64,000 bases of DNA from an uncultured Alphaproteobacteria bacterium (GTDB taxonomy: Bacteria; Pseudomonadota; Alphaproteobacteria; Rhizobiales; Xanthobacteraceae), in contig CAVUUO010000002.1 in assembly GCA_963744675.1 (NCBI GenBank), positions 8,780 through 72,779 of the forward strand, in the 5' to 3' direction. Shown here in pieces: positions 51,826 through 63,080 of the stretch. The notes under the pieces are model-generated. The model saw only the letters and a program-made list of their open reading frames with translations. It was not told where the DNA came from and made no database searches. Every line of letters starts with the position of its first letter. Position 1 is the stretch's first letter. The translations under genes were made by a program, and so were the position numbers.

Positions 51826-52749
51826 ATGCTGGACCATACCGCCAGACGCCAGGCGTACCCGGTCGCGGCCGATGCTGCGGCCGCGCTTTATTTTGGCGAT
51901 GTCATGCACGCGCGGCTGAAGCCGATGGGCCACCGCTTCAGCTACCGCGTGATGAGCCTGCTGATCGATCTCGACCGGCTCGACGAGGCAGACCGGCAAT
52001 CGCCGCTGTTTGCCGTGAACCGCGCGGGATTTTACAGTTTCAACGAAGCCGACCACGGCGACCGCGACGGATCGTCGTTGCGCGCCTATGCGCAGCGCTG
52101 TGCGGCCAGCCGCGGCATCGACCTGACCGCCGGACGGGTGCTGCTGTTGTGTTACCCCCGGCTGCTCGGCTACACCTTCAATCCGCTATCGGCCTATTTC
52201 TGCTATCGCGCCGGCGGCGAATTGGCGTTGATCATCTATGAGGTCCGCAACACGTTCGGCGATATTCACCCCTACGTGCTTCCGGTAAAGTCAGGTGAGA
52301 TCAGCGCGGCCGGTGTCCGTCAGCAGCAGAATAAGCTATTTTACGTATCACCCTTCATCGAAATGGCGACGCGCTACCATTTCCGCGTCTGTCCGCCGGG
52401 AGAAAGCGTCAAACTGCGCATCCTGGAGACGGATAGCGAGGGTCCCCTGCTCTCGGCGGCATTCAGCGGCAGGCGGCGCAGCCTGACCACGGCGGCGCTG
52501 TTGCGGTCGTTGTTTTCGCTGCCGCTGCTCACCTTCAAGATCGTCGCGGCGATCCATTGGCAGGCGCTGCGACTCTGGCTCAAGGGGGTGCGGCTGGTGC
52601 CGCGCGCCAATGCCGCCGGGACAGTGACCGGCGCCAATACCATCTTGGCGAGCAGCCCGCGCAACGACTATACTGGGACCGCATCGTGCACGGCCGGACG
52701 GGAATCCGGGCCGCGGAAAGCGCTGTGGTCCAGTGAAGGTCGGATCTAG
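51826..52749 (+). CDS. DUF1365-family protein (UfaO-like)
   Basis: VMHARLKP, GYTFNPLS, EVRNTFG, FYVSPF, IHWQALRLWLKG. Confidence 0.88.
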   Translation: MLDHTARRQAYPVAADAAAALYFGDVMHARLKPMGHRFSYRVMSLLIDLDRLDEADRQSPLFAVNRAGFYSFNEADHGDRDGSSLRAYAQRCAASRGIDLTAGRVLLLCYPRLLGYTFNPLSAYFCYRAGGELALIIYEVRNTFGDIHPYVLPVKSGEISAAGVRQQQNKLFYVSPFIEMATRYHFRVCPPGESVKLRILETDSEGPLLSAAFSGRRRSLTTAALLRSLFSLPLLTFKIVAAIHWQALRLWLKGVRLVPRANAAGTVTGANTILASSPRNDYTGTASCTAGRESGPRKALWSSEGRI

Positions 52750-52805
52750 GACAAGTCGGCCATCGGAACCTGGACGCAGGGTCATACCACCGGATGGGTT
52801 GTTCT

Positions 52806-54035
52806 ATGTCTGGCCTGATCTTGCTCACACCCGAAAATATCGACAAGGAACTTTCCGACCTGCCCCGCCTGGTGCGGCTGGCGTTCGGTTTCGGCTCAAA
52901 ACTACGTCGCGGCACGCTCGACGTCACGCTTCCGGACGGGCGCAAGGTTCGGTTGGGCGGAGTGGAGCCCGGACCGGCGGCGGCGATGACGCTCTCTAAT
53001 TACGGCTTTGCATCGCGGCTGCTCAATGGCGGCGACATCGGAATAGCCGAGGCCTACCTGCACGGCGAGTGGGACACGCCGGACCTGACGCAATTTCTGT
53101 ACCTGTTCTGCGTCAACCATGACCTGATCCAGATGATGCTCGGCGACAATCCGCTGATGCGGTTTGTTCAGATTGTAAGACACTGGTTCAACCGCAACAC
53201 CAGGCGTCAGGCGCGCCGGAATATCTATGCGCATTACGACATCGGCAACGCGTTCTATTCGGCGTGGCTGGACCCGAGCATGACCTATTCCTCGGCGCTG
53301 TTCGAGGATCACACGCCCGACCTGACCGCCGCGCAGCACAACAAATATCGGCGCCTTGCCGAGGCCATCGACCTGCAGCCCGACCAAAAAGTGCTGGAGA
53401 TCGGATGCGGCTGGGGCGGCTTTGCGGAATACGCCGCCAAGAATTACGGCGCCCATGTCGTCGGCCTGACGATCAGCAAGGAGCAGCGCGACTTTGCGCA
53501 AAAGCGCATCCAGGACGCCGGCCTAAGCGACAAGGTCGAGATCAGGTTTCAGGACTACCGCGACGAGCGTGGCCTGTACGACCGGATCGCGTCGATCGAG
53601 ATGATAGAGGCGGTCGGCGAACAGTTCTGGCCGCAATATTTCTCCCAGTTGCGCGACCGGCTGCTGCCCGGGGGGCTGGTGGGCATCCAGGCCATCACCA
53701 TCCAGGATAAATTCTTCCAGACCTATCGCCGCGAGGTCGATTTCATCCAGCGCTATGTTTTTCCGGGCGGGATGCTGCCGTCGCCGGAGGTGCTGAAAGC
53801 GCTGGGCGAGCGGTTCGGGGTTCCCGTCATCCGCGAACGCGTCTTTGGGCAAGATTATGCCAAGACGCTCGCGACCTGGCGAAATAATTTCCGCGAAGCC
53901 TGGCCGAACCTGATTCCGCTGGGCTTCGACGACCGGTTCCGGCGATTGTGGGAATATTACCTCGCTTATTGCGAGGCCGGTTTTCTGTCGGGAAATATCG
54001 ACGTGCGGCAGGTGGTGTTCGCGAAATCAAAATAG
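52806..54035 (+). CDS. Cyclopropane-fatty-acid synthase family methyltransferase (UfaM-like)
   Basis: HYDIGNAFY, MTYSSA, LEIGCGWG, SIEMIEAVG, RLWEYYLAYCEAGF. Confidence 0.92.
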   Translation: MSGLILLTPENIDKELSDLPRLVRLAFGFGSKLRRGTLDVTLPDGRKVRLGGVEPGPAAAMTLSNYGFASRLLNGGDIGIAEAYLHGEWDTPDLTQFLYLFCVNHDLIQMMLGDNPLMRFVQIVRHWFNRNTRRQARRNIYAHYDIGNAFYSAWLDPSMTYSSALFEDHTPDLTAAQHNKYRRLAEAIDLQPDQKVLEIGCGWGGFAEYAAKNYGAHVVGLTISKEQRDFAQKRIQDAGLSDKVEIRFQDYRDERGLYDRIASIEMIEAVGEQFWPQYFSQLRDRLLPGGLVGIQAITIQDKFFQTYRREVDFIQRYVFPGGMLPSPEVLKALGERFGVPVIRERVFGQDYAKTLATWRNNFREAWPNLIPLGFDDRFRRLWEYYLAYCEAGFLSGNIDVRQVVFAKSK

Positions 54036-54118
54036 CGACCTCCTGCTGTGGCGTTGCGCTCGCTATCGGCGTCAACTAGGGTTGCCGCCGGATCAAACCA
54101 GCAGCAGAATTTCCATCC

Positions 54119-55160
54119 ATGCACATCAACAACGACGTGGTCGAAGCGATCGGCCACACCCCTCTGATCAAACTGAAACGCGCGTCCGAGATGACGGGCT
54201 GCACCATTCTCGGCAAGGCCGAGTTCATGAATCCCGGCCAGTCGGTGAAGGACCGGCCGGGCAAGCAGATGATCCTCGAGGCGGAAAAACGCGGCGACCT
54301 GAAGCCGGGCGGCCTCGTCGTCGAAGGCACCGCCGGAAATACCGGAATCGGCCTTGCCATCGTCGCAGGCGCGCGCGGCTACCGGACCATCATCGTGATC
54401 CCGGACACGCAAAGCCAGGAAAAGAAAGACACGCTGCGGCTATGCGGCGCCGAACTGGTCGAGGTGCCGGTGCTGCCTTACAGCAATCCGAACAATTATC
54501 AGCACGTCGCAAGGCGCCTCGCCGATCAGCTGCGCAAGTCCGAACCCAACGGCGTGCTGTTTGCCGATCAGTGGAACAACCTCGACAATCCGAAAGCGCA
54601 TTACGTCTCGACCGGCCCCGAGATCTGGCAGCAGACTGGCGGCAAGGTCGACGGATTCATCTGCGCGGTCGGCACCGGCGGCACGCTGGCCGGCACCAGC
54701 GCCTTCCTGCGCGAGAAGAAAAAGGACATCGTGATCGGCGTGGCCGACCCGAGAGGGGCCGCGATGTACAATTTGTACAAGCACGGCGAAGCGAAATCGA
54801 CGCCGGGCGGATCGATCACCGAAGGTATCGGACTCGGGCGGGTAACTCCTGTCATCAAGGATATGAAAATCGATGAGGCCTATCTGATCGAGGACGAGGA
54901 AGCCGTTCCGATCATTTATGAGCTGCTCGAGCACGAAGGGCTGTGCCTCGGCGGCTCCACCGGCATCAATGTCGCCGGCGCAATCCGGCTCGGCCAAAAG
55001 ATGGGTCCAGGCCACACCATCGTGACGGTGCTGTGCGACTCCGGAAACCGCTACCAGTCAAAACTGTTCAATCCGGATGTTCATGCGCTCGAAGAACCTG
55101 CCGGTGCCGGAATGGCTGGAGCAGAAGAACAAGATCGAGGTGCCGTTCGAGAAGGCGTGA
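54119..55160 (+). CDS. cysK: Cysteine synthase A family (extra base near 55079)
   Basis: NPGQSVKDR (PLP Lys), TAGNTG, GTGGT; corrected end FMRSKNLPVPEWLE...FEKA-stop at 55160. Confidence 0.9.
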
Positions 55161-55183
55161 ACGGAGTTCGCCACGTACGATGA

Positions 55184-55285
55184 CCTCATCCTGAGGAGCC
55201 GTGCTCTTGCGCGGCGTCTCGAAGGATGGCCGCTTGTGGCTTCATGGTTCGAGACGCGCGCAAGAGCGCGCTCCTCACCATGAGG
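55184..55285. repeat. Alphaproteobacterial palindromic intergenic repeat (RIME-like)
   Basis: CCTCATCCTGAGGAGC...CGTCTCGAA...TTCGAGACG...GCTCCTCACCATGAGG nested inverted repeat between convergent genes. Confidence 0.8.
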
Positions 55286-55291
55286 CAGTAG

Positions 55292-56032
55292 TCACCGCAA
55301 AATCTGGCTCAGGAACAATTGCGTCCGCGCGTGCTGCGGGTTGGCGAAGAAATTCGCCGGCGTGTTGGATTCGATGATCTGACCGGCATCCATGAACACC
55401 ACGCGGTTCGCCACCTCCTTGGCGAATCCCATTTCGTGGGTGACCACCAGCATGGTCATGCCGTCATTGGCGAGGTTGACCATGGTGTCCAGCACTTCCT
55501 TGACCATTTCGGGGTCCAGCGCCGAGGTCGGCTCGTCGAACAGCATCACCTTGGGGTTCATGGTCAGCGCGCGGGCGATCGCGACCCGCTGCTGCTGGCC
55601 GCCGGACATCTGGCCGGGATATTTGTTGGCCTGATGCGGAATTTTTACGCGTTCCAGAAACTTCATCGCCGACGCCTCGGCGTCTTTCTTAGGAATGTTA
55701 CGCACCCAGATCGGCGCCAGCGTGCAGTTCTCCAGCACGGTCAAATGCGGAAACAGGTTGAAACTCTGGAACACCATGCCGACCTCGCGCCGGACCTCGT
55801 CGACGCGGCGCAAATTGGGGCCAAGCTCGATGCCGTCGATGACGATCTGGCCTTCCTGGAATTCCTCCAGCGCGTTCATGCAGCGGATCAGCGTCGACTT
55901 GCCGGAGCCGGACGGACCGCAGATCACGATCCGTTCGCCCTTGGCGACGTCGAGGTTGATGTCGCGCAGCACATGAAAATCGCCATACCATTTGTTCAAG
56001 CCGGCGACGTTGACGATGGAATCCGTTGTCAT
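55292..56032 (-). CDS. aapP: Amino-acid ABC transporter ATPase AapP
   Basis: [29 protein letters not shown]. Confidence 0.92.
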   Translation of the reverse strand: MTTDSIVNVAGLNKWYGDFHVLRDINLDVAKGERIVICGPSGSGKSTLIRCMNALEEFQEGQIVIDGIELGPNLRRVDEVRREVGMVFQSFNLFPHLTVLENCTLAPIWVRNIPKKDAEASAMKFLERVKIPHQANKYPGQMSGGQQQRVAIARALTMNPKVMLFDEPTSALDPEMVKEVLDTMVNLANDGMTMLVVTHEMGFAKEVANRVVFMDAGQIIESNTPANFFANPQHARTQLFLSQILR

Positions 56033-56043
56033 GGCCAATGATC

Positions 56044-57579
56044 TCAGTTGCGCCGGTGGGCATTCAGCCGGCGTTCGACGAACAGCGAATAGCGCGACAT
56101 TCCAAAGCAGAACACGAAATAGACCAAGCCGGTGAAGGCAAACCCGGTGAACAGCGTGCTGGGCGTGGCCCAGTTCGGATCGGCGAACGACGCGCGCAAA
56201 CTGCCGAGCAGATCGAACAGCGCGACGATCGACACCAGCGAGGTATCCTTGAACAGCGCGATGAAGCTGTTGACGAGGCCGGGAATGACATGACGCAGCG
56301 CCTGCGGCATCACGATCAAGCCGGTTGTCTTCCAGTAGGACAGGCCGAGCGCGCTGGCGGCCTCCGCCTGCCCGCGTGGGATGGCCTGCAGGCCGCCGCG
56401 AATGACCTCGGCCTGGTAGGCGCCGGCGAACAGTGCGATGCCGATCAGCGCCCGCACCAGTCCATCCACCGTGAAACCCGCGGGCAGGAACAGCGGCAGC
56501 ATATAGGTCGCAAAGAACAGCACGGTGATCAGCGGCACGCCGCGCCAGAATTCGATGAACGCCACCGAAAATGTCCGGATCAGCGGGATGGTCGAGCGCC
56601 GCCCCAGCGCCAGCGCGATGCCGATCGGCATCGAGGCCACGATGCCGGTGACCGACACCACCAACGTGACCAAAAGTCCGCCCCACAGCCTGGTATCGAC
56701 GATGGGCAGCCCGCCGCGATCGAGGCCCATCGCGGCGATGACGATGCCGACGCCGGCGAAGATCGCAAGGCTGATAATGAGCGCGCGCCATCCGGTGCGA
56801 AAGCCGCCGTTGAGGACAAACAGCGCAATTGAAACGATGGCCGCGGTGGCGGCGAAGTCGGCCCATACCGGATTGCCCGCTCCCTGGATCTGATCGCGCA
56901 GCCAGGTCAGCGGCCAGATCACAAACGAAATGGCGGCGCTTAGAAAAACGATCAGCTCGCCAAGCAGCGCCAGCAGCGGCCCGATAACCGCTTTTGCTTC
57001 TGCCACGCTGGCCAGCTTGCGCCCGGCGTCGCCGATGCTGTTGGTGAAACCGGACAGGAAATCTGCCGTCCAGCTAATACCAAAACCTTTCAAGCCGCCG
57101 CCATGCAGCAGGAAGAAGGCAACGATCGGAAACGCGATGAAGAACAGGCCGGCATTGAGGCCCTTGGCCGGCAGCCGTGGAATCAGCAGCGGCAGCAGCA
57201 ACAGCGCCGCCATCATGAAGGTCAGATTGACCCGCCAGCGCTCCTGCTCCGGATAGAACCCGTAGATGAATTGCGTGAACTTGGCCTGGATATAGGGCCA
57301 GCACGCCCCAACCACATGCCCTGCATTCTCCGCAAGGCATGCATTGCGGTCGTTGCCACGCCAGACCGCGTCGATCACCAGGAATTTGACAGAAGGAATG
57401 ATCGTGAACCACAACAGCAGCGCGCTGACGATGGTGATCATGATGTTGGTCGGGGAATTGAACAGCCGCGTGCGCAGGAAGCCGACAAAGCCGGTGGTCT
57501 TGATCGGTGCCGCGCGCTCGGGAACGAGTTCCTTGCGAACGAAAACATTCAGATCGGTCGTTGCGGCAAGATCGCTCAT
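56044..57579 (-). CDS. aapM: Amino-acid ABC transporter permease AapM
   Basis: [45 protein letters not shown]. Confidence 0.9.
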   Translation of the reverse strand: MSDLAATTDLNVFVRKELVPERAAPIKTTGFVGFLRTRLFNSPTNIMITIVSALLLWFTIIPSVKFLVIDAVWRGNDRNACLAENAGHVVGACWPYIQAKFTQFIYGFYPEQERWRVNLTFMMAALLLLPLLIPRLPAKGLNAGLFFIAFPIVAFFLLHGGGLKGFGISWTADFLSGFTNSIGDAGRKLASVAEAKAVIGPLLALLGELIVFLSAAISFVIWPLTWLRDQIQGAGNPVWADFAATAAIVSIALFVLNGGFRTGWRALIISLAIFAGVGIVIAAMGLDRGGLPIVDTRLWGGLLVTLVVSVTGIVASMPIGIALALGRRSTIPLIRTFSVAFIEFWRGVPLITVLFFATYMLPLFLPAGFTVDGLVRALIGIALFAGAYQAEVIRGGLQAIPRGQAEAASALGLSYWKTTGLIVMPQALRHVIPGLVNSFIALFKDTSLVSIVALFDLLGSLRASFADPNWATPSTLFTGFAFTGLVYFVFCFGMSRYSLFVERRLNAHRRN

Positions 57580-58790
57580 GTGTTGCCGAGGCTCCGGCTG
57601 AGCCGCCACCCGTAGAAACTCATGATCGCGCTGGTGATGAGCGAGATCGTGAGATAAACGCCCATGGTGATGGCGATGATTTCGATCGCTTGGCCGGTCT
57701 GGCTCAGCGTGGTTCCGGCGAATACCGAGAATAGATCGGGATATCCGATCGCCACCGCCAGCGACGAGTTCTTGGTCAAGTTGAGATACTGGTTGGTGAG
57801 CGGCGGCAGGATGACGCGCAACGCCTGCGGCACCACGATCAACCGCAGCGTCGAACCGCGCGACAGCCCGAGCGACGAGCCCGCCTCCATCTGGCCTTTG
57901 TGGACCGACTGAATTCCGGCGCGGACGATCTCGGCGATGAAGGCTGCGGTGTAGGTCGACAGCGCCAGAGTCAGTGCCACGAATTCGGGGATCACCCGCG
58001 AGCCGCCGGAAAAATTAAATCCTTTCAGTTCCGGCATCTCGAACGTCACCGGCCTGCCGAACACCAGCGCCGCAATCAAGGGCAGCCCGATCAGCAGACC
58101 CACCACATAGGGCCAGATCGTCAGCAGCCTGCCCGACTGAAACAGCAGCCGGCGCGCATAGCTTCGCAACAGCAACGCGGCTGCGATTGCAATTACGACG
58201 GCGATGATAAACGCAGCCAGCCCGTCATGCGGGATCGGCTTTGGAATCACAAAGCCGCGGTTGGAGAGAAAGAAGCTGCCGAACAGCGAGATGCTCTGCC
58301 GCGGATTGGGCAAGGTGGCGAGCACCGCAAGATACCAGAACAGGATCTGGAACAGCAGCGGAAGGTTGCGGATCAGTTCGACGTAGGCGCCGGCCACGCG
58401 CGAGAGCAGCCAGTTCGGCGACAGCCGGCCGAGCCCGACCAGAAACCCGATGATAGTGGCAAAGAAGATGCCGATGGCAGCCACCAGCAGCGTGTTCAGC
58501 AGTCCGACAAGGAAAACGCGGATATAGGTGTCGGATCCGGAATAGGGAATCAGGCTCTGGCTGACGTCAAAACCCGCGGTATTCGCCATGAATCCGAAGC
58601 CGGACGTGATCCGCTGCGCCTCCAGATTGGCGCGGGCGTTGGCGACGATTTCATAGGCAATCCACGCCAGCGCTGCGACGAACAGAATCTGGAGCGCCAG
58701 CCCTCCCCAGCCCGCGCGGCCCCCGAGCGTGCGCCGCAGTTTGGCGACGAACTGCGGCGGTGGTTTGCGGGCTTCGACGGCCATCGCCAT
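57576..58790 (-). CDS. aapQ: Amino-acid ABC transporter permease AapQ
   Basis: GLLNTL, RNLPLLFQ, AEIVRAGIQSV, KNSSLAVAIGYPD. Confidence 0.92.
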   Translation of the reverse strand: MAMAVEARKPPPQFVAKLRRTLGGRAGWGGLALQILFVAALAWIAYEIVANARANLEAQRITSGFGFMANTAGFDVSQSLIPYSGSDTYIRVFLVGLLNTLLVAAIGIFFATIIGFLVGLGRLSPNWLLSRVAGAYVELIRNLPLLFQILFWYLAVLATLPNPRQSISLFGSFFLSNRGFVIPKPIPHDGLAAFIIAVVIAIAAALLLRSYARRLLFQSGRLLTIWPYVVGLLIGLPLIAALVFGRPVTFEMPELKGFNFSGGSRVIPEFVALTLALSTYTAAFIAEIVRAGIQSVHKGQMEAGSSLGLSRGSTLRLIVVPQALRVILPPLTNQYLNLTKNSSLAVAIGYPDLFSVFAGTTLSQTGQAIEIIAITMGVYLTISLITSAIMSFYGWRLSRSLGNT

Positions 58791-58805
58791 TATCGGCTTA
58801 TGCGG

Positions 58806-59821
58806 TCAGCGGATCGGCGGCGCGTATTGAATCCCGCCCTTGTTCCAGAGCTGGTTGAGGCCGCGGGCAATACCGAGCTTGGAGCCGGCGCCGACATTGC
58901 GGTCGAACGATTCGCCGTAATTGCCGACCGCCTTGACGATCCGCGACACCCAGTCCTTGGTGAGACCGAGCTGTTCGCCGAGATTGCCGTCGGTGCCGAA
59001 GGCCCGTTTGAGCTCAGGCTTGTCCGATTTCGCCATCTCGTCGACGTTCTTCTGGGTAACGCCGAGTTCCTCGGCATCAACCATGGCAAACAGCGTCCAC
59101 TTCACGATGTCGAACCACTGGTCGTCGCCATGACGCACCATCGGGCCCAGCGGCTCTTTCGAGATCACCTCCGGAAGCACGGCGTGGTCGGCCGGATTGG
59201 AAAGCTTCAGCCGTTCGGCATAGAGCTGCGACACGTCCGAGGTAAAGACGTCGCAGCGCCCGGATTCATAGGCCTTGACGGTTTCATCGGCGGTACCGAA
59301 TGCGATCACCTCATACTTCATGTTGTTGCCTTTGAAGTAGTCGGCGAGATTCTGCTCGGTGGTGGTGCCGGTTTGCACGCAGACCGATGCGCTGTTCAGT
59401 TCCAGCGCGGAATTCACCTTGAGGGATTTTTTGACCAGAAAACCCTGGCCGTCATAATAGGTGACGCCGGTGAAATTGGCGCCGAGCGAGGTATCGCGCG
59501 ACAGCGTCCAGGTGGTGTTGCGCGACAACACGTCGATTTCGCCTGACTGCAGCGCCGTGAAACGGTCCTTGGCCGAGAGCGGCACGAACTTCACCTTGGC
59601 CGCGTCGTTGAAAATCGCCGCCGCAACCGCCCGGCAGATATCGACGTCGAGGCCGGCCCAGTTGCCCTTGTCGTCGGGCGCCGAGAAACCGGGCAAGCCC
59701 TGGCTGACGCCGCACGACAGCATGCCACGGTCCTTGACCGTCTTGAGGGTCTGCGCGGTGGGGCCTGTGTCGAAAGACCGGCGGCGAGAACAACGGTAAC
59801 GGCGAGAGATACGCAATTCAT
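58806..59821 (-). CDS. aapJ: Amino-acid ABC transporter binding protein AapJ (one base missing near 59762)
   Basis: Signal peptide MNCVSLAVTVVLAAGL joins AQTLKTVKDRG; RNTTWT, YYDGQGF, ISKEPLGP, YAPPIR. Confidence 0.92.
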
Positions 59822-60152
59822 GGGCGAAAACCTTTCAAGGGTCGGGACGTTTGCATTGTCATCGGCTGCGCGCAGAAAGGCCGGCTGAACGATCCGGCCA
59901 TCCCGAGGCCAGCCTGAGAAGCGGGCTGGCACCAACTCGGCTGGACGGCGGATCGAAGTTCGCAGCAGGCCCCTCAACGTGCAGCGACTGAATAGCTCGC
60001 TTGCATCACAGAACGGTTGGAGAGCCGGGTCAAGGGGTTGACGGCGGTCTTCTGTGTCCTGTTATTAACAAAGTTGAGCCCAATCCGCCTCCCGGCGGGT
60101 GTTCGCGACGGGTCGCGGCTGCGGCAAAACGTCTTTGGTCGGCGGCGAGCGC

Positions 60153-61352
60153 ATGAACTTCTCAAGAAATGATGGACAATCGCCGCCGCTGAAGCCGGAA
60201 ACCGCGCTGGTAACCTCCGGCCGCGATACCAAGGCGCAAAAGGGCTTTGTCAATCCGCCGGTGGTCCATGGCTCGACGGTGCTCTATCCGACCGCCGAGG
60301 ATTTGCATGCGCACCGCGGCGAATTCCAGTACGGCCGCCATGGCACCCCGACCACACGAGCGCTCCAGGATGCGCTGATGGCGCTGGAGGGACCTCGCTG
60401 CGCGGGGGTCGGCCTGGCACCCTCCGGCCTGGCGGCGATTTCGACCACGCTGCTGGCGGTATTGAAAGCCGGCGATCATCTGCTGGTATGCGACAATTCC
60501 TATCGTCCGACGCGAAATTTCTGCAACGGGCTGCTCGCCCGCTATGGTGTCGAAACCACCTATTACGATCCTTCGATCGGCGCCGGCATTGCCGGGTTGC
60601 TCAAGCCGAACACCAAAGCGGTGGTGGTGGAAGCGCCGGGATCGCAATCCTTCGAAATGCCGGACATCCCGGCGATATCCGCCGTCGCGCACGACAGGGA
60701 CGCGCTTGTCATCGACGACAACACCTGGGCGACGCCGCTGTTTCACCGTTCGCTCGATCAAGGCGTCGACATCAGCATCCAGGCCGCGACCAAATACATC
60801 GGCGGACATTCCGACATCATGTTCGGCACTATCTCGGCCAACGCCAAAGCCTGGCCGCTGATCGCCGAGACGATCCGGCTGCTCGGTGTCTGCGCCGGAC
60901 CGGACGATGTGTTTCTCGCGCTGCGCGGACTGCGGACGCTCAGCGTGCGGCTCGAGCAGCATCATCGATCGGCGCTCGAGATGGCGCGCTGGCTCGCGAC
61001 CCGGCCGGAGGTGTTGAAAGTTCTGCACCCCGGACTGGAGAGCGATCCCGGACACGCGATCTGGAAGCGGGATTTTACGGGCGCGTCGGGCCTGTTCAGC
61101 ATCGTCCTGAAACCGGCGCCGCAACAAGCCGTCGATGCGCTGCTCGATACCGTAAAACTGTTCGGCATGGGCTATTCCTGGGGCGGCTTTGAAAGCCTCA
61201 TCATTCCGTTCAACTGCTCGGACTATCGCACGGCCACAAAATGGTCGCCGGGCGGACCGACGCTGCGGCTGCACATCGGGCTCGAACACGTCGATGACCT
61301 GAAAGCCGATCTCGATCGCGGCTTTGCCGCGTTCAACGCTGCCTCGGGCTAA
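60153..61352 (+). CDS. metC: Cystathionine beta-lyase
   Basis: VNPPVVHGST, YGRHGTPT, DNTW, ATKYIGGHSD, SWGGFESL, RLHIGLE. Confidence 0.95.
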   Translation: MNFSRNDGQSPPLKPETALVTSGRDTKAQKGFVNPPVVHGSTVLYPTAEDLHAHRGEFQYGRHGTPTTRALQDALMALEGPRCAGVGLAPSGLAAISTTLLAVLKAGDHLLVCDNSYRPTRNFCNGLLARYGVETTYYDPSIGAGIAGLLKPNTKAVVVEAPGSQSFEMPDIPAISAVAHDRDALVIDDNTWATPLFHRSLDQGVDISIQAATKYIGGHSDIMFGTISANAKAWPLIAETIRLLGVCAGPDDVFLALRGLRTLSVRLEQHHRSALEMARWLATRPEVLKVLHPGLESDPGHAIWKRDFTGASGLFSIVLKPAPQQAVDALLDTVKLFGMGYSWGGFESLIIPFNCSDYRTATKWSPGGPTLRLHIGLEHVDDLKADLDRGFAAFNAASG

Positions 61353-61447
61353 AATCCTTCCAAACGAGACGCTCTCGTCGTGGATCCCCAATTCAGTCAC
61401 TGGCTCGTTTGCGGGAATCGAAAAACAGTCGCATCCGCGCAGGTCGG

Positions 61448-61639
61448 TTACGAGCCGAAGGCGCTTGCTTCAGAACGGGCGGCGATATCGGCTTTAAGTT
61501 CGGAGGCCATCTCGCGGAGCTGCTTGGCGATCCGGCTGAAGGTCTCCCGTTTACTCCTATCGGCGGCGAGGCGTGCGATCAGTTCGCAGTCTTCGGCATT
61601 TGTGAGGAGCTTCTCAAGCTCGGCTTTCAAATCTTTCAT
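61448..61639 (-). CDS. Small helical hypothetical protein (63 aa)
   Basis: MKDLKAELEKL...DCELIARLA...KRETF pattern resembles small Bradyrhizobium proteins (from memory). Confidence 0.7.
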   Translation of the reverse strand: MKDLKAELEKLLTNAEDCELIARLAADRSKRETFSRIAKQLREMASELKADIAARSEASAFGS

Positions 61640-62005
61640 GACAATCCCGTATTACCCAGCAACGCGAACCTACCTTCGAATCCCGTGCCGGCGGCAAAAT
61701 CTATTTTGTCTTTTCAGTGGAACCAATTTGGGTCGCGCGCGTATGGACGGTTTGTCGGTCCTTCAGCAAGGCATCACCATGCGGCTTACACACGTTCTCC
61801 AGCGCGTCATGCGGCTCGCACGAAATTCCAGCGAAACAGGTTCCGCAAGCTCGTCAGGACGCAACTCGGAGCAGCGCGACGAGAGCAGCATGGCTGATTT
61901 CGTGCGCATTCTGCGCGGCCACGACAGCAAGCAGCCCAATTAACGCTTTTCACAATCGGGGCGGCTGACGCCAGAGCATCGCCGCGCGGCGGGGGCAAGG
62001 CCGCC

Positions 62006-62710
62006 TCAGTCCCCCGTGGGAGTTATCCGAAACTCGACCACCTCGGGCCGGCCGCGAAGATACGTGGAGAGCGCCTCGGCATTTTTGCGATTCCGGCTCT
62101 TGATGGTCATGCGGTACTCGAATTGCTGGCCGCTTTCGCTTAGCCGCGATGACAGATTCGCAATCGTGAACCCGTGGTCGTGGATGAGCCGGTGCACCTC
62201 ATCCTCACCGATGACGTGATCGCGGGCAAATCTCAGCATGTGGTGCGCGTAGAACTCGCTCGGCAAGCGGGCTTCGATGTAACGGAACAAGCCCAACACC
62301 ATGAGTGCCGCGGCCGCACCGACCACCGCCGCAAACCAGAACCCGATGCCTACCAGGATGCCTATTGCCGCCGTGACCCAAATAGAAGCGGCCGTGGTAA
62401 GGCCGCGCACCGTCAAGCCCTCTTTGAAGATGACGCCCGCCCCTAGAAAGCCGATGCCCGTCATGATGCCTTGTGCCATGCGGGTCGGATCGGTCCTGAT
62501 GGCGTCGTGCTGCACAAAGGTCATCCACTGGTTTTGATAAACCGTCACGATCATGAGGATCGCGGAGGCGATGCAGACCAGCGAATGGGTTCTGAAACCC
62601 GCCGGCCGGCCGTGGAAGGTGCGCTCAAAGCCGATCAGCGCGCCAATGATGAGCGCACCGATGACCCTGCCGATGATTACGAGGTCGTCGTGTCCCACGC
62701 CGCGATCCAT
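62006..62710 (-). CDS. MgtC/SapB-family membrane protein
   Basis: IGFER, AGFRTH, DPTRMAQGIMTGIGFLGAG, GLTTAASIW, C-terminal ACT-like domain. Confidence 0.92.
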   Translation of the reverse strand: MDRGVGHDDLVIIGRVIGALIIGALIGFERTFHGRPAGFRTHSLVCIASAILMIVTVYQNQWMTFVQHDAIRTDPTRMAQGIMTGIGFLGAGVIFKEGLTVRGLTTAASIWVTAAIGILVGIGFWFAAVVGAAAALMVLGLFRYIEARLPSEFYAHHMLRFARDHVIGEDEVHRLIHDHGFTIANLSSRLSESGQQFEYRMTIKSRNRKNAEALSTYLRGRPEVVEFRITPTGD

Positions 62711-63080
62711 TTGGATGAACGCTCCAGCGCGAAACCAAAGAGCGCCGGGGCAAATCCATAACGTCAACATTGCTGGAGCCGGTTCCAGCCGACATAACAT
62801 GCCGCTGAAAGCCAGCTGGAATCAAGGCCGCGTCACGACCAAGGGCTGGTCGACCGGGTGTCGCAAACCGACAATGCCGTCGACCGCCTCGACGCGGCGA
62901 TCAAACTGGCTTCTGAAATCTCGAACGAACCTCCTTGAAGGCCGTTCGCAGGCCACAGGCGGGGGCATTTCCGCCACCTCATCCCACTTGCCAATTTCGC
63001 GAAGCGGGAGCAGCCTGTAGCTGCGGATGACTCTGTCCGGCCGACAACGCGATTCTGTAAAAAACAGAGGAGGAAGACCC

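Noticed and set aside
55292-56866. 524-aa ORF suggesting an extended AapP fusion
   Set aside because: The N-terminal half is an alternative frame overlapping aapM; the real start is ATG 56032.
56700-57100. Long extra hydrophobic insertion in AapM
   Set aside because: In frame and, from memory, usual for bradyrhizobial AapM; no sign of novelty.
61743-61943. Possible small plus-strand ORF
   Set aside because: No clear RBS or motif; insufficient support.
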